From Deltaproteobacteria bacterium (GTDB taxonomy: Bacteria; Myxococcota; JACRCW01), in the NCBI GenBank assembly GCA_016218805.1, contig JACRCW010000156.1, positions 1 through 52,638 on the forward strand: a stretch of 52,638 nt of DNA. The letters run 5' to 3'. Position numbers and translations under genes: made by a program. Below the pieces are notes generated by a model, which was not told where the DNA came from, did not search any database, and was given only the letters and a program-made list of their open reading frames with translations. Position 1 is the stretch's first letter. Each line of letters opens with the position of its first letter. Below, piece by piece: positions 26,324-36,708 of this stretch.

Positions 26324-27757
26324 ATGACCACCGCTGACGCGCACACGCCGCCGCCGGGCCGCGGCATCTTCTGCAACCGGACCTTGAACCTGCGGTCCAT
26401 CCACGCCGTCGGCTACGACATGGACTACACGCTGATCCACTACCGCGTGGACCAGTGGGAACGGCGCGCGTTTGAGCACATCCGCCAGCGCCTGTCCGCG
26501 CGCGGCTGGCCCGTGGACGACGTGACCTTTGACCCGGATGCGGTGACGCGCGGGCTGGTTATCGACACCGAGCTGGGGAACGTGGTGAAGGCCAACCGGT
26601 TCGGGTTTGTAAAGCGCGCATTTCACGGCACGCGGGCGCTGCAATACGACGAATGGCGCGGCGTGTACGCACGCACGCAGGTGGACCTGGGCGAGCCGCG
26701 CTGGGTGTTCCTCAACACGCTGTTCAGCATCTCAGAGGCCTGCATGTACATGCACCTTGTGGAGTTGCTGGATGCGCGCCGCATACCGGAGGTGATGGGC
26801 TACCCGGAGTTGTACGCCGTGGTGCGCCGCACGCTGGATGAAGCGCACATGGAGGGCGAGCTCAAGCGGGAGATCGTGTCCGACCCGGACCGGTTTGTGG
26901 AGTTGGACCCGGACGTCCCGCTGGCGCTGCTGGACCAGAAGACCGCGGGCAAGAAGCTGCTGCTCATCACGAACAGCGAGTGGGACTACACCGCGGCGAT
27001 GATGAAGTACGCGTTTGACCGGTTCTTGCCGACGGGGACGACGTGGCGTGACCTGTTCCACCTGGTGATGGTCAGCGCGCGCAAGCCGGACTTCTTCAGC
27101 ACGCGCACGCCGGTGTACGAGGTCCAGACCGACACCGGGCTGTTGCGGCCTTTCCCCACGGGGTTTGCGCCCGGCGGCGTGTACCACGGCGGCAACGCGC
27201 ACCAGGTGGAGCGGCACCTGGGCGTGGGCGGGGATGACATCCTCTACGTGGGTGACCACATGTTCACGGACGTGCACATCAGCAAGAGCATCCTGCGCTG
27301 GCGCACGGCGCTGATCGTCCGCGAACTGGAGGCGGAGATTGAGGCCACGGTGCGCTTCGCGCCCGACCAGGCGCGGCTGGATGGGCTGATGGCCAAGAAG
27401 GAGAGGCTGGAGTTCGCTTTCAGCCAGCTGCGCGTGCAACTGCAGCGCGGACGTGCGCCCCACGCCTCCGACACGACGACCAGCGCGCACGAACTGGAGC
27501 GGCGCATGGGCGAGCTGCGCCAGGAAATGCTGGAACTGGACAGCGCCATCAGCCCGCTGGCGCGCACCAGCGGCGAGCTGTTCAACCGGCGGTGGGGCCC
27601 GTTGATGCGCGCCGGGAACGACAAGAGTCACCTGGCACGCCAGGTGGAACGCTACGCGGACATCTACATGTCGCGGGTCAGCAACTTCCTGTTCCAGACG
27701 CCGTTTGTGTACCTGCGCTCGCCGCGGGGGAGCCTGCCGCATGACCCGATTCGCTGA
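26324..27757 (+). CDS. HAD-IG family (cN-II-like) 5'-nucleotidase
   Basis: IFCNRTLNL, GYDMDYTL, LITNS, ARKPDFF, YVGDHMFTD. Confidence 0.94.
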   Translation: MTTADAHTPPPGRGIFCNRTLNLRSIHAVGYDMDYTLIHYRVDQWERRAFEHIRQRLSARGWPVDDVTFDPDAVTRGLVIDTELGNVVKANRFGFVKRAFHGTRALQYDEWRGVYARTQVDLGEPRWVFLNTLFSISEACMYMHLVELLDARRIPEVMGYPELYAVVRRTLDEAHMEGELKREIVSDPDRFVELDPDVPLALLDQKTAGKKLLLITNSEWDYTAAMMKYAFDRFLPTGTTWRDLFHLVMVSARKPDFFSTRTPVYEVQTDTGLLRPFPTGFAPGGVYHGGNAHQVERHLGVGGDDILYVGDHMFTDVHISKSILRWRTALIVRELEAEIEATVRFAPDQARLDGLMAKKERLEFAFSQLRVQLQRGRAPHASDTTTSAHELERRMGELRQEMLELDSAISPLARTSGELFNRRWGPLMRAGNDKSHLARQVERYADIYMSRVSNFLFQTPFVYLRSPRGSLPHDPIR

Positions 27758-30098
27758 GTGGTGGCTCCCCGCGCTTGCCGCCGTGGCCGCCTGCACGCCC
27801 CCGGCGCCCGAGCACGACGTGGACGTGGATGACGGCCCGCTCCACCTGCACGCCAGCACGCGTGACGGCACGGTGGTGATCACGCAGGCAGGGCAGGTGG
27901 TCGCGGCAGTGGACCTGTCGCTCGTGGCCTTCCGCGCGTCGGAGGCGGTGTTTGACATGCAATACGGCATGTTTGATATCCGCGAGTTTCCGGAGGACTG
28001 GCGCACCACGGCGCGGCTGCGCACGTCACGGCACCGGCCGTTTGTGCTGGTGGATGGGAGCGGCGCGGACCTGGGGGAGCTGCGCGTCCTCCTGCGCGGT
28101 GATGGACACGTGCGCCTGGAATTCGTGGCGGATGATGCGCGAATGAACCGCGCGCGCATCGCGCTGGACTGCGCGGCCACGGAGCATTTTGCGGGTTTTG
28201 GTGCGCAGACGCATGACGTGGACCACCGCGGGCAGCGCGTGCCCCTGTGGGTGAGTGAGCAGGGCATTGGCAAGGTTGACCACGACGAGCTGCCCACTGT
28301 GTGGCAGGTGACCGGGCGGCGGCACACCAGCCAGGTGCCCATCCCCGCGTATGTCTCCAGCCGCGGCGTGGCCGTGGTGGCGGACACGTACGCGTACAGC
28401 GTGTTTGACCTGTGCCGGGAGCGTGAGGACCGCGTCATCATTGAGACGTGGGAGGGGACACTGCGCCTGGACGTGTACGCGGGGCCAACGCCGCTGGATG
28501 CGCTGGCGCGCCTCACCGCGGACCTGGGCCGGCCGCGGCTGCCCCCGCCGTGGGCGCTGGCGCCGTGGAACGACGCGCTGTTTGGGACGGACAACGTGCT
28601 GGCGTTTGCGCACTGGCTGCGGGAGCAGCGCATTCCCAGCTCCGCCATCTGGAGCGAGGACTGGAAAGGCGCGGAATGGAACGGTGACCACTACACGCTC
28701 AGCGAGAACTGGGACCTGGACCCCGTGCTTTATCCGCGTTTCAGCGCGATGATTGTCGAATTGAAATCCATGGGTTTTTCGCAGCAACTGTACCGCAACC
28801 CGTTCCTGTACCTGGACGCGGACGCGTGGCGGGAGGCCAAGGATCTTGTTGTCATGGACACCGCGGGAGACCCGTGGAAGACCAACGGCGCCACGTTCAC
28901 GGACACGGCGTTCCTGGACCTCACGTCACCGGCGGCCCGCACCTGGGTCCTGGGAAAGTTGCTGGAATGCCTGGATACCGGCGCGCTGGGCTGGATGGCG
29001 GACTTTGCGGAATGGATGCCGGTGGATGACGCGGTGACCGCTGATGGCAGCGATCCCGCGCTGGTGCACAACCGCTACCCGGTGTTGTGGCAGGAGGTGA
29101 ACAACGAAGCGTTGCGCCTGGCGGGCCGGTTGGACGACGCGGTGGTGTATTACCGCAGCGGACACCTGCGGTCCCAGGGGCTGGCGCAGGTGATGTGGGC
29201 CGGGGACCAGCGCACGGACTTCCAGGCGGATGACGGACTGCCGACGGTGCTGCCCATTGGGCTGGGGCTTGCGGCCACCGGTTTCCCGTTCTTTGCGCAT
29301 GACATTGGCGGGTACCAGTCCTCCACCAACCCGCCCGCGGACAAAGAACTGTATTTCCGGTGGACGGAACTGGGCGCGCTCACGCCCGTGATGCGCACGC
29401 ACCACGGCACGCACCCGCGGCTGCAATGGAACCTTCGCTCCGACGAAGAGACCACGGCGCACTACAAGCGCTACGCGGAGCTGCACGTGCGCCTGTATCC
29501 GTACCTGCGCGCGCTGGCGCACGCGGCGGTGGAGCAGGGGCGTCCCATGTGGATTCCCATGGGGTTCAAGCACCCGTCCGACCCGACCGCGTGGGCCGTG
29601 AAAGACCAGTATTGCCTGGGGGAAGCGCTGCTGGTGGCGCCGGTGGTGACCCGGGGTGCCACCAACCGCGACGTGTACCTCCCCGCGGGACGCTGGGTGC
29701 CCTGGCTGGACGGCGGCGCCGCGCTGGACGGAGGACGCACGGTGAACGTGCCGGCGCCCCTGGTGGAAATACCGGTATTCATCGCGGCGGGTGGCCTGGT
29801 TCCCATGACCGCGGCGGCCGCGCAGACGTTGTTTCCGGGGGATTCCTCCATTCCCGGATTGGAGACCACGGAGGGCGACCGGGTGCTGCACGTCGGACTT
29901 GGGGCGCCCGGAGCGTTCATGGAGGAAAGCGGTGCATCGTACGCATTGACCGGCACGGGCACGGATGTCACGGGGCTGACGCGGGAGGCGGACGGCGCCG
30001 TCATTGTGGATGGGAACGGGACCATTGCGGGCGGTGGCTTTACGCTGATGCTGGCGGGGCATCCCACCGTGCGCCGCACGCGGGTCTATTTCCGGTGA
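27741..30098 (+). CDS. GH31 alpha-glycosidase, lipoprotein (YihQ-like clade)
   Basis: Lipobox AVAA-C; nucleophile GWMADFAE; acid/base WAGDQ; HDIGGY; MRTHHG. Confidence 0.92.
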   Translation: MTRFAEWWLPALAAVAACTPPAPEHDVDVDDGPLHLHASTRDGTVVITQAGQVVAAVDLSLVAFRASEAVFDMQYGMFDIREFPEDWRTTARLRTSRHRPFVLVDGSGADLGELRVLLRGDGHVRLEFVADDARMNRARIALDCAATEHFAGFGAQTHDVDHRGQRVPLWVSEQGIGKVDHDELPTVWQVTGRRHTSQVPIPAYVSSRGVAVVADTYAYSVFDLCREREDRVIIETWEGTLRLDVYAGPTPLDALARLTADLGRPRLPPPWALAPWNDALFGTDNVLAFAHWLREQRIPSSAIWSEDWKGAEWNGDHYTLSENWDLDPVLYPRFSAMIVELKSMGFSQQLYRNPFLYLDADAWREAKDLVVMDTAGDPWKTNGATFTDTAFLDLTSPAARTWVLGKLLECLDTGALGWMADFAEWMPVDDAVTADGSDPALVHNRYPVLWQEVNNEALRLAGRLDDAVVYYRSGHLRSQGLAQVMWAGDQRTDFQADDGLPTVLPIGLGLAATGFPFFAHDIGGYQSSTNPPADKELYFRWTELGALTPVMRTHHGTHPRLQWNLRSDEETTAHYKRYAELHVRLYPYLRALAHAAVEQGRPMWIPMGFKHPSDPTAWAVKDQYCLGEALLVAPVVTRGATNRDVYLPAGRWVPWLDGGAALDGGRTVNVPAPLVEIPVFIAAGGLVPMTAAAAQTLFPGDSSIPGLETTEGDRVLHVGLGAPGAFMEESGASYALTGTGTDVTGLTREADGAVIVDGNGTIAGGGFTLMLAGHPTVRRTRVYFR

Positions 30099-30099
30099 A

Positions 30100-32094
30100 T
30101 CACGGGCGCCAGTCGGCGCGCATTTCGTCCAGGGACAGGGTGGCGTTGGGCGCCAGCACTTCCAGCCGCACGCGCATGCGCTCCGTTCCAACGGGTGCAT
30201 AGAAGGCCATTCCCGCGGCGTGGTGTGTACCGGCAACCGGCGCGTTCAGTGCGCCGTCACCCAGCTGGGCGTCTGCCGCGTCAAAGAACTGCACCCGCAC
30301 GTACGTCTCACCGGAAGCCTGTGCGACGACGTGCAGGAACACAACACCCGGCGCGGCCGGGTAGAACGGCGAAAGCGCGTACGCTCCCGGGTACTGGCAC
30401 CCGCCCGTGCACGGCAGGTCATGGGATACCAGTTCCGCCGTGGCGCCGCCGGCGCGCGTGCCGGCGGAGAGTGTTCCGGCGGTGCACCCGGAGCAGTTGG
30501 TCCACGACGTCCAGCCGCCGGTCCCGGTCTCAAAGTCATCCTGCAGCAGGACGCGGGGTGTGCAGCGCCCGGCCTGGCACCAGCCGGCGCTGCAGGCGGC
30601 GCCGTCCGCGGAAGACGTGCATGCGCCCGCGGCCTGTTCATGGGTGATGAGCCACGCGGCCACGTCGTCGGAAGGCTCCACCGTGTAGCAGGTGGGGGCG
30701 GCCGCGCAGAACTGGTGGAATTGCCAGGCCCACAATGCGCTGTAATCCACACGGGCCTCCAGCATTGCAGCGGTGAGGCGGCGGGTCGCCCCTTCGCGCG
30801 CGTCACCCGCGCAATCCGTGATGCTTCCGCAGGTGATGGTGCCCGCGCGCGGCTCACCGTACTCACCCACGTACAACGTGCGCCCGGCGCGGCGGGCAAT
30901 CTCCGCCGTGGTGGCCACCAGTGCGGCACCAAAGTCATCCAGGGAACCAAACCGGCGCGCGTCGTCGCCCGGGTAGTGGTGCACGGAGATGATGTCCACG
31001 CCGGAGGGGTGGAGTTGCAGCAACGTGGATTCGTATTGGGCCGCGTCATCCGCGGTCCAATCACAGGCCGGGCAGGGGCTGCGCGCCAGGTGCCAGGCGG
31101 ACGCGCGCGGGTAGGCGTGGCCGGTGGAGACGGGTTTGCCGGGATCAAGTCCGTGAATCAACGCAGTGATGGCGCCGGCGAATTGACCGAGATCTTCCGC
31201 CGTGGACGTCACACCCCGGCAGGCGTGGCAGGAGAAGAAGTTGTCCGCGCTGGTGCGCTGGCACGGCGTGCCCAGCGCGGGGACCAGGCTCCCGCACGCG
31301 TTGGTGGCACCCGAGCACACGCTGCATGTTGAGAAATCCAGGTCCGCGGCCAGGTTGAGTTCGTTGCCGATCTCCCAGAACAGGATGACGTCCTGCCCCG
31401 CGTACCGGGTGACGACGTCACGGATGTACTCCTCCGCCATCTGGCGGGTGGCGGAGCCCGGCGTGAACAGCGCGGACAGTGGTTGGTTGTTGAGGTCCGG
31501 AAAGAGGAACAGGTGCCACAGCAGGCTCGGGATGAGGCGCAGTCCCCGCGCGCGGGCGTCTGTCACCAGTGCGTCAAACGCGGCGAAATAGGCGGCCTTG
31601 TCGGCGACCCAGCCCGCGCCCGTCGTCATGTCCGTGGGCCAGTAGCCGCTGGCGATGAAGCGCGCGTGCGTGAAACCCGCGGCGCGCGCGGAGTCCATGT
31701 TGGTGCGCGCACCCGCGGGCCCCTCCGGCGCAATCCCCAGGTAGCCGTGCAGGATGTTGGGCAGGTTGACGCCCATGGGGCGCGCCGCGGGAAGCGGTGC
31801 GGACGAGGTGGCCGCTGCGGTGGAGCTGTTGTTCGCCGTTGAGGAGGACGCGGCCGCGGGCTGAGAGGTGGCCGGCTGGGAAACGCCGGTCTGCGATGAC
31901 GGACGGGATGCGGAGGAAACACCCGCGCGCGAGGACGAGGCGGACGTCCGGCGGCTTGTGGTGGGGCCGATTGACCAGTCTGCCGCAGAGGAAGAAGCGC
32001 TCACCGCACCGGAGGAGGAGCCCCCGCCGTCAGGGGGCGACGGCCGGCACGCTGCAAACAGGAGGAAACCAAGAGACACGCAGGCGCGGTGCAT
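30100..32094 (-). CDS. GH5-like (clan GH-A) glycoside hydrolase, lipoprotein with Ser-rich linker and C-terminal CBM-like domain
   Basis: LFAA-C lipobox, WEIGNELN acid/base, SVHHY, YVGEYG nucleophile, ALWAW. Confidence 0.85.
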   Translation of the reverse strand: MHRACVSLGFLLFAACRPSPPDGGGSSSGAVSASSSAADWSIGPTTSRRTSASSSRAGVSSASRPSSQTGVSQPATSQPAAASSSTANNSSTAAATSSAPLPAARPMGVNLPNILHGYLGIAPEGPAGARTNMDSARAAGFTHARFIASGYWPTDMTTGAGWVADKAAYFAAFDALVTDARARGLRLIPSLLWHLFLFPDLNNQPLSALFTPGSATRQMAEEYIRDVVTRYAGQDVILFWEIGNELNLAADLDFSTCSVCSGATNACGSLVPALGTPCQRTSADNFFSCHACRGVTSTAEDLGQFAGAITALIHGLDPGKPVSTGHAYPRASAWHLARSPCPACDWTADDAAQYESTLLQLHPSGVDIISVHHYPGDDARRFGSLDDFGAALVATTAEIARRAGRTLYVGEYGEPRAGTITCGSITDCAGDAREGATRRLTAAMLEARVDYSALWAWQFHQFCAAAPTCYTVEPSDDVAAWLITHEQAAGACTSSADGAACSAGWCQAGRCTPRVLLQDDFETGTGGWTSWTNCSGCTAGTLSAGTRAGGATAELVSHDLPCTGGCQYPGAYALSPFYPAAPGVVFLHVVAQASGETYVRVQFFDAADAQLGDGALNAPVAGTHHAAGMAFYAPVGTERMRVRLEVLAPNATLSLDEMRADWRP

Positions 32095-32190
32095 GAAACA
32101 TCCTCCGTCGTGGGACGCGGCGGAGCGTTACCAGACCAAACCTTCGGTGGATAGACCGGTTATTCGGCGCTGCGTTTCGCTGGCTTGCGT

Positions 32191-32272
32191 TGCCTCCCCC
32201 TTCGGGGGGAGGCAGCTTGCCGACGTCAGTCGGCAAGCGGTGGGGGGGCGGGACCAACGGGTCCATCCCACG
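32191..32272 (-). repeat. double-hairpin REP-like intergenic element
   Basis: TGCCTCCCCC-TTCG-GGGGGAGGCA (32191-32214) abutting GCTTGCCGAC-GTCA-GTCGGCAAGC (32215-32238); related to 8556-8661. Confidence 0.6.
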
Positions 32273-32277
32273 CGCCC

Positions 32278-33168
32278 TCACGGTGGCCGCATCCGCCCGC
32301 GAGCCGCAACCTGCCCGAACACCTCCAGCGCTAGGACACCCAGGTCTTCCCTGCCGTGTCCGGACGCAATCAGCGCATCCATGCGCTCAGCGATGGCGGG
32401 CAGCACGGCGAGCGGCAACGGCGACGCGCGCGCGGTCTGCAGCATCAGGCGCACATCCTTGCGCGCCATGGACAGCTCAAAGGTTGCATTGAAATCCCCC
32501 TGCGCCATGCGTGCGCCGCGGATGTCAATCTGCCGCCCGACGGGGAAGTCCTTGAACAGCGCCATGGCCTCCGCGGGTTCAATCCCCGTCGCGCGCGCCA
32601 GCACCAGCACATCCGCCACGCCCGCCGCCAGCGCCATGATCATCGCGTTCCCAAACAGCTTGAATGCGGCGCCCTTGTCCGGCCGCTCGCCCAGGTACAT
32701 GAGCTTGCCCGTCATGGGGCGCAGTGCGGCCTCCACGCGTTCAAACAGCGCGCGCGGTGCACTGCACAGCATGATCCCCGTCGCCGTGCGTGCGTTGTCC
32801 GGTGACATGAACACCGGCGCATGGACAAACGCGACACCCGCCGCCTGCATGCGTTCGCAACGGCGCACGGTTCCCTCCGGCGTGACGGTGCTGTGGTCCA
32901 CCATGATCGCGCCCGCCGGAAGGTGCGGAATGATCTCATCCAGCACGGCGTCCACCGCGGCATCGTCCGCCAGGCACAGGTGCACGCGGGCCGCGTTGGC
33001 CACCGCGGCGGATGCGCGTGGGTGGGGCACCGCGCCCAGCTCCGCCAGCGGGACCAGCTTGGACGCCGTGCGGTTCCACGCGTCCACGGGAATCCCGCGC
33101 GTGCGCAGTCCCGCCACAAATCCGCTCCCCAACAGCCCCGTTCCCAGCCACGCCACGCGCTCCGTCAT
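32278..33168 (-). CDS. beta-hydroxyacid dehydrogenase family (3-hydroxyisobutyrate DH-like)
   Basis: WLGTGLLG, WNRT, DHSTV, APVF, catalytic K in AFKLFGN, KDVRL. Confidence 0.92.
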   Translation of the reverse strand: MTERVAWLGTGLLGSGFVAGLRTRGIPVDAWNRTASKLVPLAELGAVPHPRASAAVANAARVHLCLADDAAVDAVLDEIIPHLPAGAIMVDHSTVTPEGTVRRCERMQAAGVAFVHAPVFMSPDNARTATGIMLCSAPRALFERVEAALRPMTGKLMYLGERPDKGAAFKLFGNAMIMALAAGVADVLVLARATGIEPAEAMALFKDFPVGRQIDIRGARMAQGDFNATFELSMARKDVRLMLQTARASPLPLAVLPAIAERMDALIASGHGREDLGVLALEVFGQVAARGRMRPP

Positions 33169-33281
33169 GGTGCACCTCCCGGCCGGTATGTGCGGCACCG
33201 CGGCCCGGCGTTCAAGCGCGCCGCTCTGGCCAGCGCGGCCTTCACCGTGGTACGCGCGCCGACGCGACGGCGGGGTGCACC

Positions 33282-34124
33282 ATGTCGGGCGGGCGCGGGC
33301 TCATGCAGTGGGCGGTGGACCCGGAGGTGGACCGGGCGGTGGACGCGGTGCCCAACCGCGTCAACGGGCTCGGTTATGACCCGTGGGGCTTCAACCCGCA
33401 GGCCGCCAAGCTGTACTTCTCCATTGCCCGGCACATCTACGCGTATTTCCGCCCGGAGATCGTCGGCATTGAGAACCTGCCGCCGGGGCGCGTGCTGATC
33501 GTGCCCAACCACTCCGGGCAGCTCCCGTTGGATGGGCTGGTCATCGCCGTCGCCTGCCTGCTGCACGCGCAGCCGCCGCGGCTGGTGCGGGCCATGGCGG
33601 AGCGGTGGTTTCCCACGCTGCCGTGGGTGAACATTGCCTTCAGCCGCTCCGGCGTGGTGGTGGGGGATCCCATCAACTGCAAGAACCTGCTGGAGGCGGA
33701 CAACGCCATCCTCGTCTTCCCTGAAGGCGCGCGCGGTTGCGGCAAGACCTTCCAGCACCGCTATCAGTTGGAGGAGTTTGGCCGCGGGTTCATGCGCCTG
33801 GCCTTGCAGACCGGGACGCCCATTGTTCCCGTGGGCGTGGTGGGCGCGGAGGAGTCCATCATCTCCGTGGCCAATCTGCGCCCGCTGGCGCGGCTGGTTG
33901 GGATGCCTTACGCGCCGGTGAGCCCGCTGCTGCCGCTGCTGGGACCGCTGGCGTACCTGCCGCTGCCCACGCGTTTCCACGTGCACTTTGGCAAGCCGCT
34001 GGTGTTTGACGGCCCGTTTGATGACGAGGACACCGAAATCGACCGCAAGGTGGCCGTGGTGAAGGACGCGGTGGCCGGGCTGCTGCGCAAGGGGCGCGCG
34101 CAGCGCCGCGGTTGGTTCACCTGA
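33282..34124 (+). CDS. PlsC-like lysophospholipid acyltransferase
   Basis: NHSGQLPLD (HxxxxxD), VFPEG, PIVPV. Confidence 0.92.
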   Translation: MSGGRGLMQWAVDPEVDRAVDAVPNRVNGLGYDPWGFNPQAAKLYFSIARHIYAYFRPEIVGIENLPPGRVLIVPNHSGQLPLDGLVIAVACLLHAQPPRLVRAMAERWFPTLPWVNIAFSRSGVVVGDPINCKNLLEADNAILVFPEGARGCGKTFQHRYQLEEFGRGFMRLALQTGTPIVPVGVVGAEESIISVANLRPLARLVGMPYAPVSPLLPLLGPLAYLPLPTRFHVHFGKPLVFDGPFDDEDTEIDRKVAVVKDAVAGLLRKGRAQRRGWFT

Positions 34125-34132
34125 GGACCGCC

Positions 34133-35068
34133 ATGGCCGCCACTCTTGTCACGGGCATTTCCGGCAGCCTTGCACGCCGCGTGGCGGACCGGCTGGTGGA
34201 GCGCGGGGACACCGTCGTGGGTGTGGACTACCGGCCGCCGCCCGCGGCGCTGGACAAGCGCATCCGCTTCTTTCAGGCCAACTACAACAAGACCCGCATT
34301 GAGGATGTGTTCCGCCACTGCACGTTTGACCGCGTGCTGCACCTGGGCCGGGTGGGCAACCTCAAGGAGTCCATGGGCAAGCGGTTTGACCTCAACGTGG
34401 TTGGCAGCCAGAAGATCCTCAACCTGTGCCTGGCGGGCGGGGTGAAGCGCCTGGTGGTGTTCTCCACGTTCCACATCTACGGCGCGCACCCGGCCAACCA
34501 CATCCCCATCTCTGAAGAAGACCCGCTGCACGCGGGCACGGATTTCCCGCAGATTGCGGACGCCATCCAGCTGGACAACATGGCCAGCCGCTGGGTGTAC
34601 CAGCACCGCGGCATCCGCACCGTGGTGCTGCGGCCCACCAACGTCATTGGCCCGGCCATCCAGAACGCCATCGCCAACCTGCTGCGCCAGCCCCGCATCC
34701 CGCACCTCATGGGTTACAACCCCATGGTCCAGTTCATCCATGAAGATGACATGGCCGCGGCCATCCTGGCCGCCGCCGACGGCGAACAGGTGGGCATCTT
34801 CAACGTGGCGGGTGACGGCGTCATGCCGTGGCGGACGGCGCTGCGCCTGGTGCGTGCGTCCACCTTCCCCATCCCCGCCGCCGCCGTGGAACTGTACCTG
34901 TCCATCTTCAGCCGGTTCCCGCATTACCTGGTGAACTTCTTCCGCTACCCGTGCGTGATCACAGACCGCCGGTTCCGCGAGGCGTTCCACTGGGCGCCGC
35001 GCATCCCCATGGAAGACATGCTGTGGTCCACCGTTGAAGAGGCGCGCAAGCGCCAGGGTTTCACGTAG
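34133..35068 (+). CDS. NAD-dependent epimerase/dehydratase family protein
   Basis: LVTGISGSLA, NVVGS, ST…YG, VLRP, QFIHEDD; the YxxxK motif is not intact. Confidence 0.88.
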   Translation: MAATLVTGISGSLARRVADRLVERGDTVVGVDYRPPPAALDKRIRFFQANYNKTRIEDVFRHCTFDRVLHLGRVGNLKESMGKRFDLNVVGSQKILNLCLAGGVKRLVVFSTFHIYGAHPANHIPISEEDPLHAGTDFPQIADAIQLDNMASRWVYQHRGIRTVVLRPTNVIGPAIQNAIANLLRQPRIPHLMGYNPMVQFIHEDDMAAAILAAADGEQVGIFNVAGDGVMPWRTALRLVRASTFPIPAAAVELYLSIFSRFPHYLVNFFRYPCVITDRRFREAFHWAPRIPMEDMLWSTVEEARKRQGFT

Positions 35069-35080
35069 AGGAGGCACGTC

Positions 35081-35848
35081 ATGGAGCTCAAAGGAAGGAC
35101 GGCACTGGTCACGGGCGGCGCGTCGGGGTTGGGGCGGGCCGTCGTGGAGCGGTTGGTGGGCGCCGGGATGAATGTGGTCATCCTGGACCGGGAGAAGTCT
35201 GAGGGCGCCACCGTCGCCGCGGGGCTGGGGAAGGCGGCGCACTTTGAACCGTCTGATGTCACCAGCCCGGAGTTGGTGAAGAAGGCGGTGGATGGGGCGG
35301 TGGCGCGTTTCGGTGGGCTGCACGTCGGTGTGTCGTGCGCCGGCGTTGGCGCGGCGGCGCGCACGCTGGGAAAGACGGGTCCCATGGACCTGGAAGTGTT
35401 CCGCACCGTCATCAACGTGAACCTGGTGGGGACGTTCAACGTGGCGCGCTTGTGCGCGGACGCCATGTCCCGCAACCAGCCCACCGCGGACGGCGAGCGC
35501 GGCGTCATCATCAACACCGCGTCCATTGCCGCGTTTGACGGGCAGGTGGGCCAGGTTCCCTACGCGGCCAGCAAGGGCGGGATTGTCGCCATGGCGCTGC
35601 CCATGGCGCGTGACCTGATGAAGAACGGCATCCGCGTGGTCACCATCGCCCCGGGTATCTTTGACACGCCCATGCTGGCGCAGGTGCCGGAAGACATCCG
35701 CCGTGCGCTGGGCGAATCCGTCCCGTTCCCCTCGCGCCTGGGCCGGCCCGCCGAGTTCGCCGCGCTGGCGCAGCACATCGTCGAGAATTGCATGCTCAAC
35801 GGCGAAGTGATCCGCCTGGACGGCGCGCTTCGCATGGCACCCAAGTGA
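35081..35848 (+). CDS. SDR 3-hydroxyacyl-CoA dehydrogenase (HSD10/type II-like)
   Basis: [44 protein letters not shown]. Confidence 0.94.
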   Translation: MELKGRTALVTGGASGLGRAVVERLVGAGMNVVILDREKSEGATVAAGLGKAAHFEPSDVTSPELVKKAVDGAVARFGGLHVGVSCAGVGAAARTLGKTGPMDLEVFRTVINVNLVGTFNVARLCADAMSRNQPTADGERGVIINTASIAAFDGQVGQVPYAASKGGIVAMALPMARDLMKNGIRVVTIAPGIFDTPMLAQVPEDIRRALGESVPFPSRLGRPAEFAALAQHIVENCMLNGEVIRLDGALRMAPK

Positions 35849-35865
35849 CCCACCCGGAGGAACCG

Positions 35866-36651
35866 ATGTCCCGCAGATTGCCCGTGCTTCTTGTTGCCCT
35901 GGTCCCGCTGCTTGGCGCGTGGACCGCACCACCGCCCGCGGACGCCACGCCGGAACCGCTCAAGGCAGACCTGCTCAAGGCGGACACGCTGTATGACACG
36001 CGCCACGAGGGGAAGAACGAAGACGACGCGTTGGCGCTGCTGCGCAAGCTGGGCAAGGAGAATGCCGGCAATTACGACGTGCAATGGCGCCTGGCGCGCG
36101 CGCTGTACTTCCGCACCGAGGGCACCACCGACAAAGGCAAGCACCAGACGCTGGCCGAAGAGTGCTGGGACGCGGGCAAGAAGGCGGTGGCCGCGGATCC
36201 CAAGCGCGCCGAGGGACAGTACTGGCTGGGCATCTGCGTGGGCGCGTACAGCCAGGGCGTGGGAATTGTCACCGCGCTCACCCGCGGCCTGGAGGGCAAG
36301 TTCCGGGATCCGGTGGTGGCCGCGCAGAAGGTGAATGACGGCGTGGACAACGGCGGGCTGTACGCCGCGCTGGGCCGCTACAAGTACGAACTGCCGTGGC
36401 CCAAGCGCTCGCTGGACGGGTCCGTGGAATACCTGCGCAAGGGCCTGCAGAAGCACCCGGCCAACCTGCGCTGCAAGCTGTATCTGGCAGAGAGCCTGTG
36501 GGACCGTGACGAGGGCAAGGACCGCGAGGAGGCCCAGAAGATGCTCAAGGAGGTCGTGGCGGCCACGCCCGGTGCGTACGACACCGCCGAGGAGATCCGT
36601 ACGCAGAAGATGGCCAAGGAGACCGCCGCCCGCCTGGGCGTGAAGCTGTGA
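35866..36651 (+). CDS. secreted TPR-repeat protein
   Basis: GGAGGA RBS, signal peptide, all-helical repeats (WRLARA, GQYWLG, LYLAE). Confidence 0.8.
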   Translation: MSRRLPVLLVALVPLLGAWTAPPPADATPEPLKADLLKADTLYDTRHEGKNEDDALALLRKLGKENAGNYDVQWRLARALYFRTEGTTDKGKHQTLAEECWDAGKKAVAADPKRAEGQYWLGICVGAYSQGVGIVTALTRGLEGKFRDPVVAAQKVNDGVDNGGLYAALGRYKYELPWPKRSLDGSVEYLRKGLQKHPANLRCKLYLAESLWDRDEGKDREEAQKMLKEVVAATPGAYDTAEEIRTQKMAKETAARLGVKL

Positions 36652-36708
36652 ATCCGGCTCGCTTCACGTGAACAGGTGAAGGTGCCCGCCCGGTGACCGC
36701 GCGGAGCG

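Noticed and set aside
27741..33168. Sulfoglycolysis cluster (YihQ-like GH31 + YihU-family dehydrogenase)
   Set aside because: The GH31 lacks the sulfonate-binding motif; no isomerase, kinase, aldolase or transporter; the genes are not co-transcribed
33282..36651. Novel biosynthetic cluster
   Set aside because: Acyltransferase + epimerase-like + SDR groupings are ordinary lipid-metabolism neighbourhoods; no scaffold synthase is present
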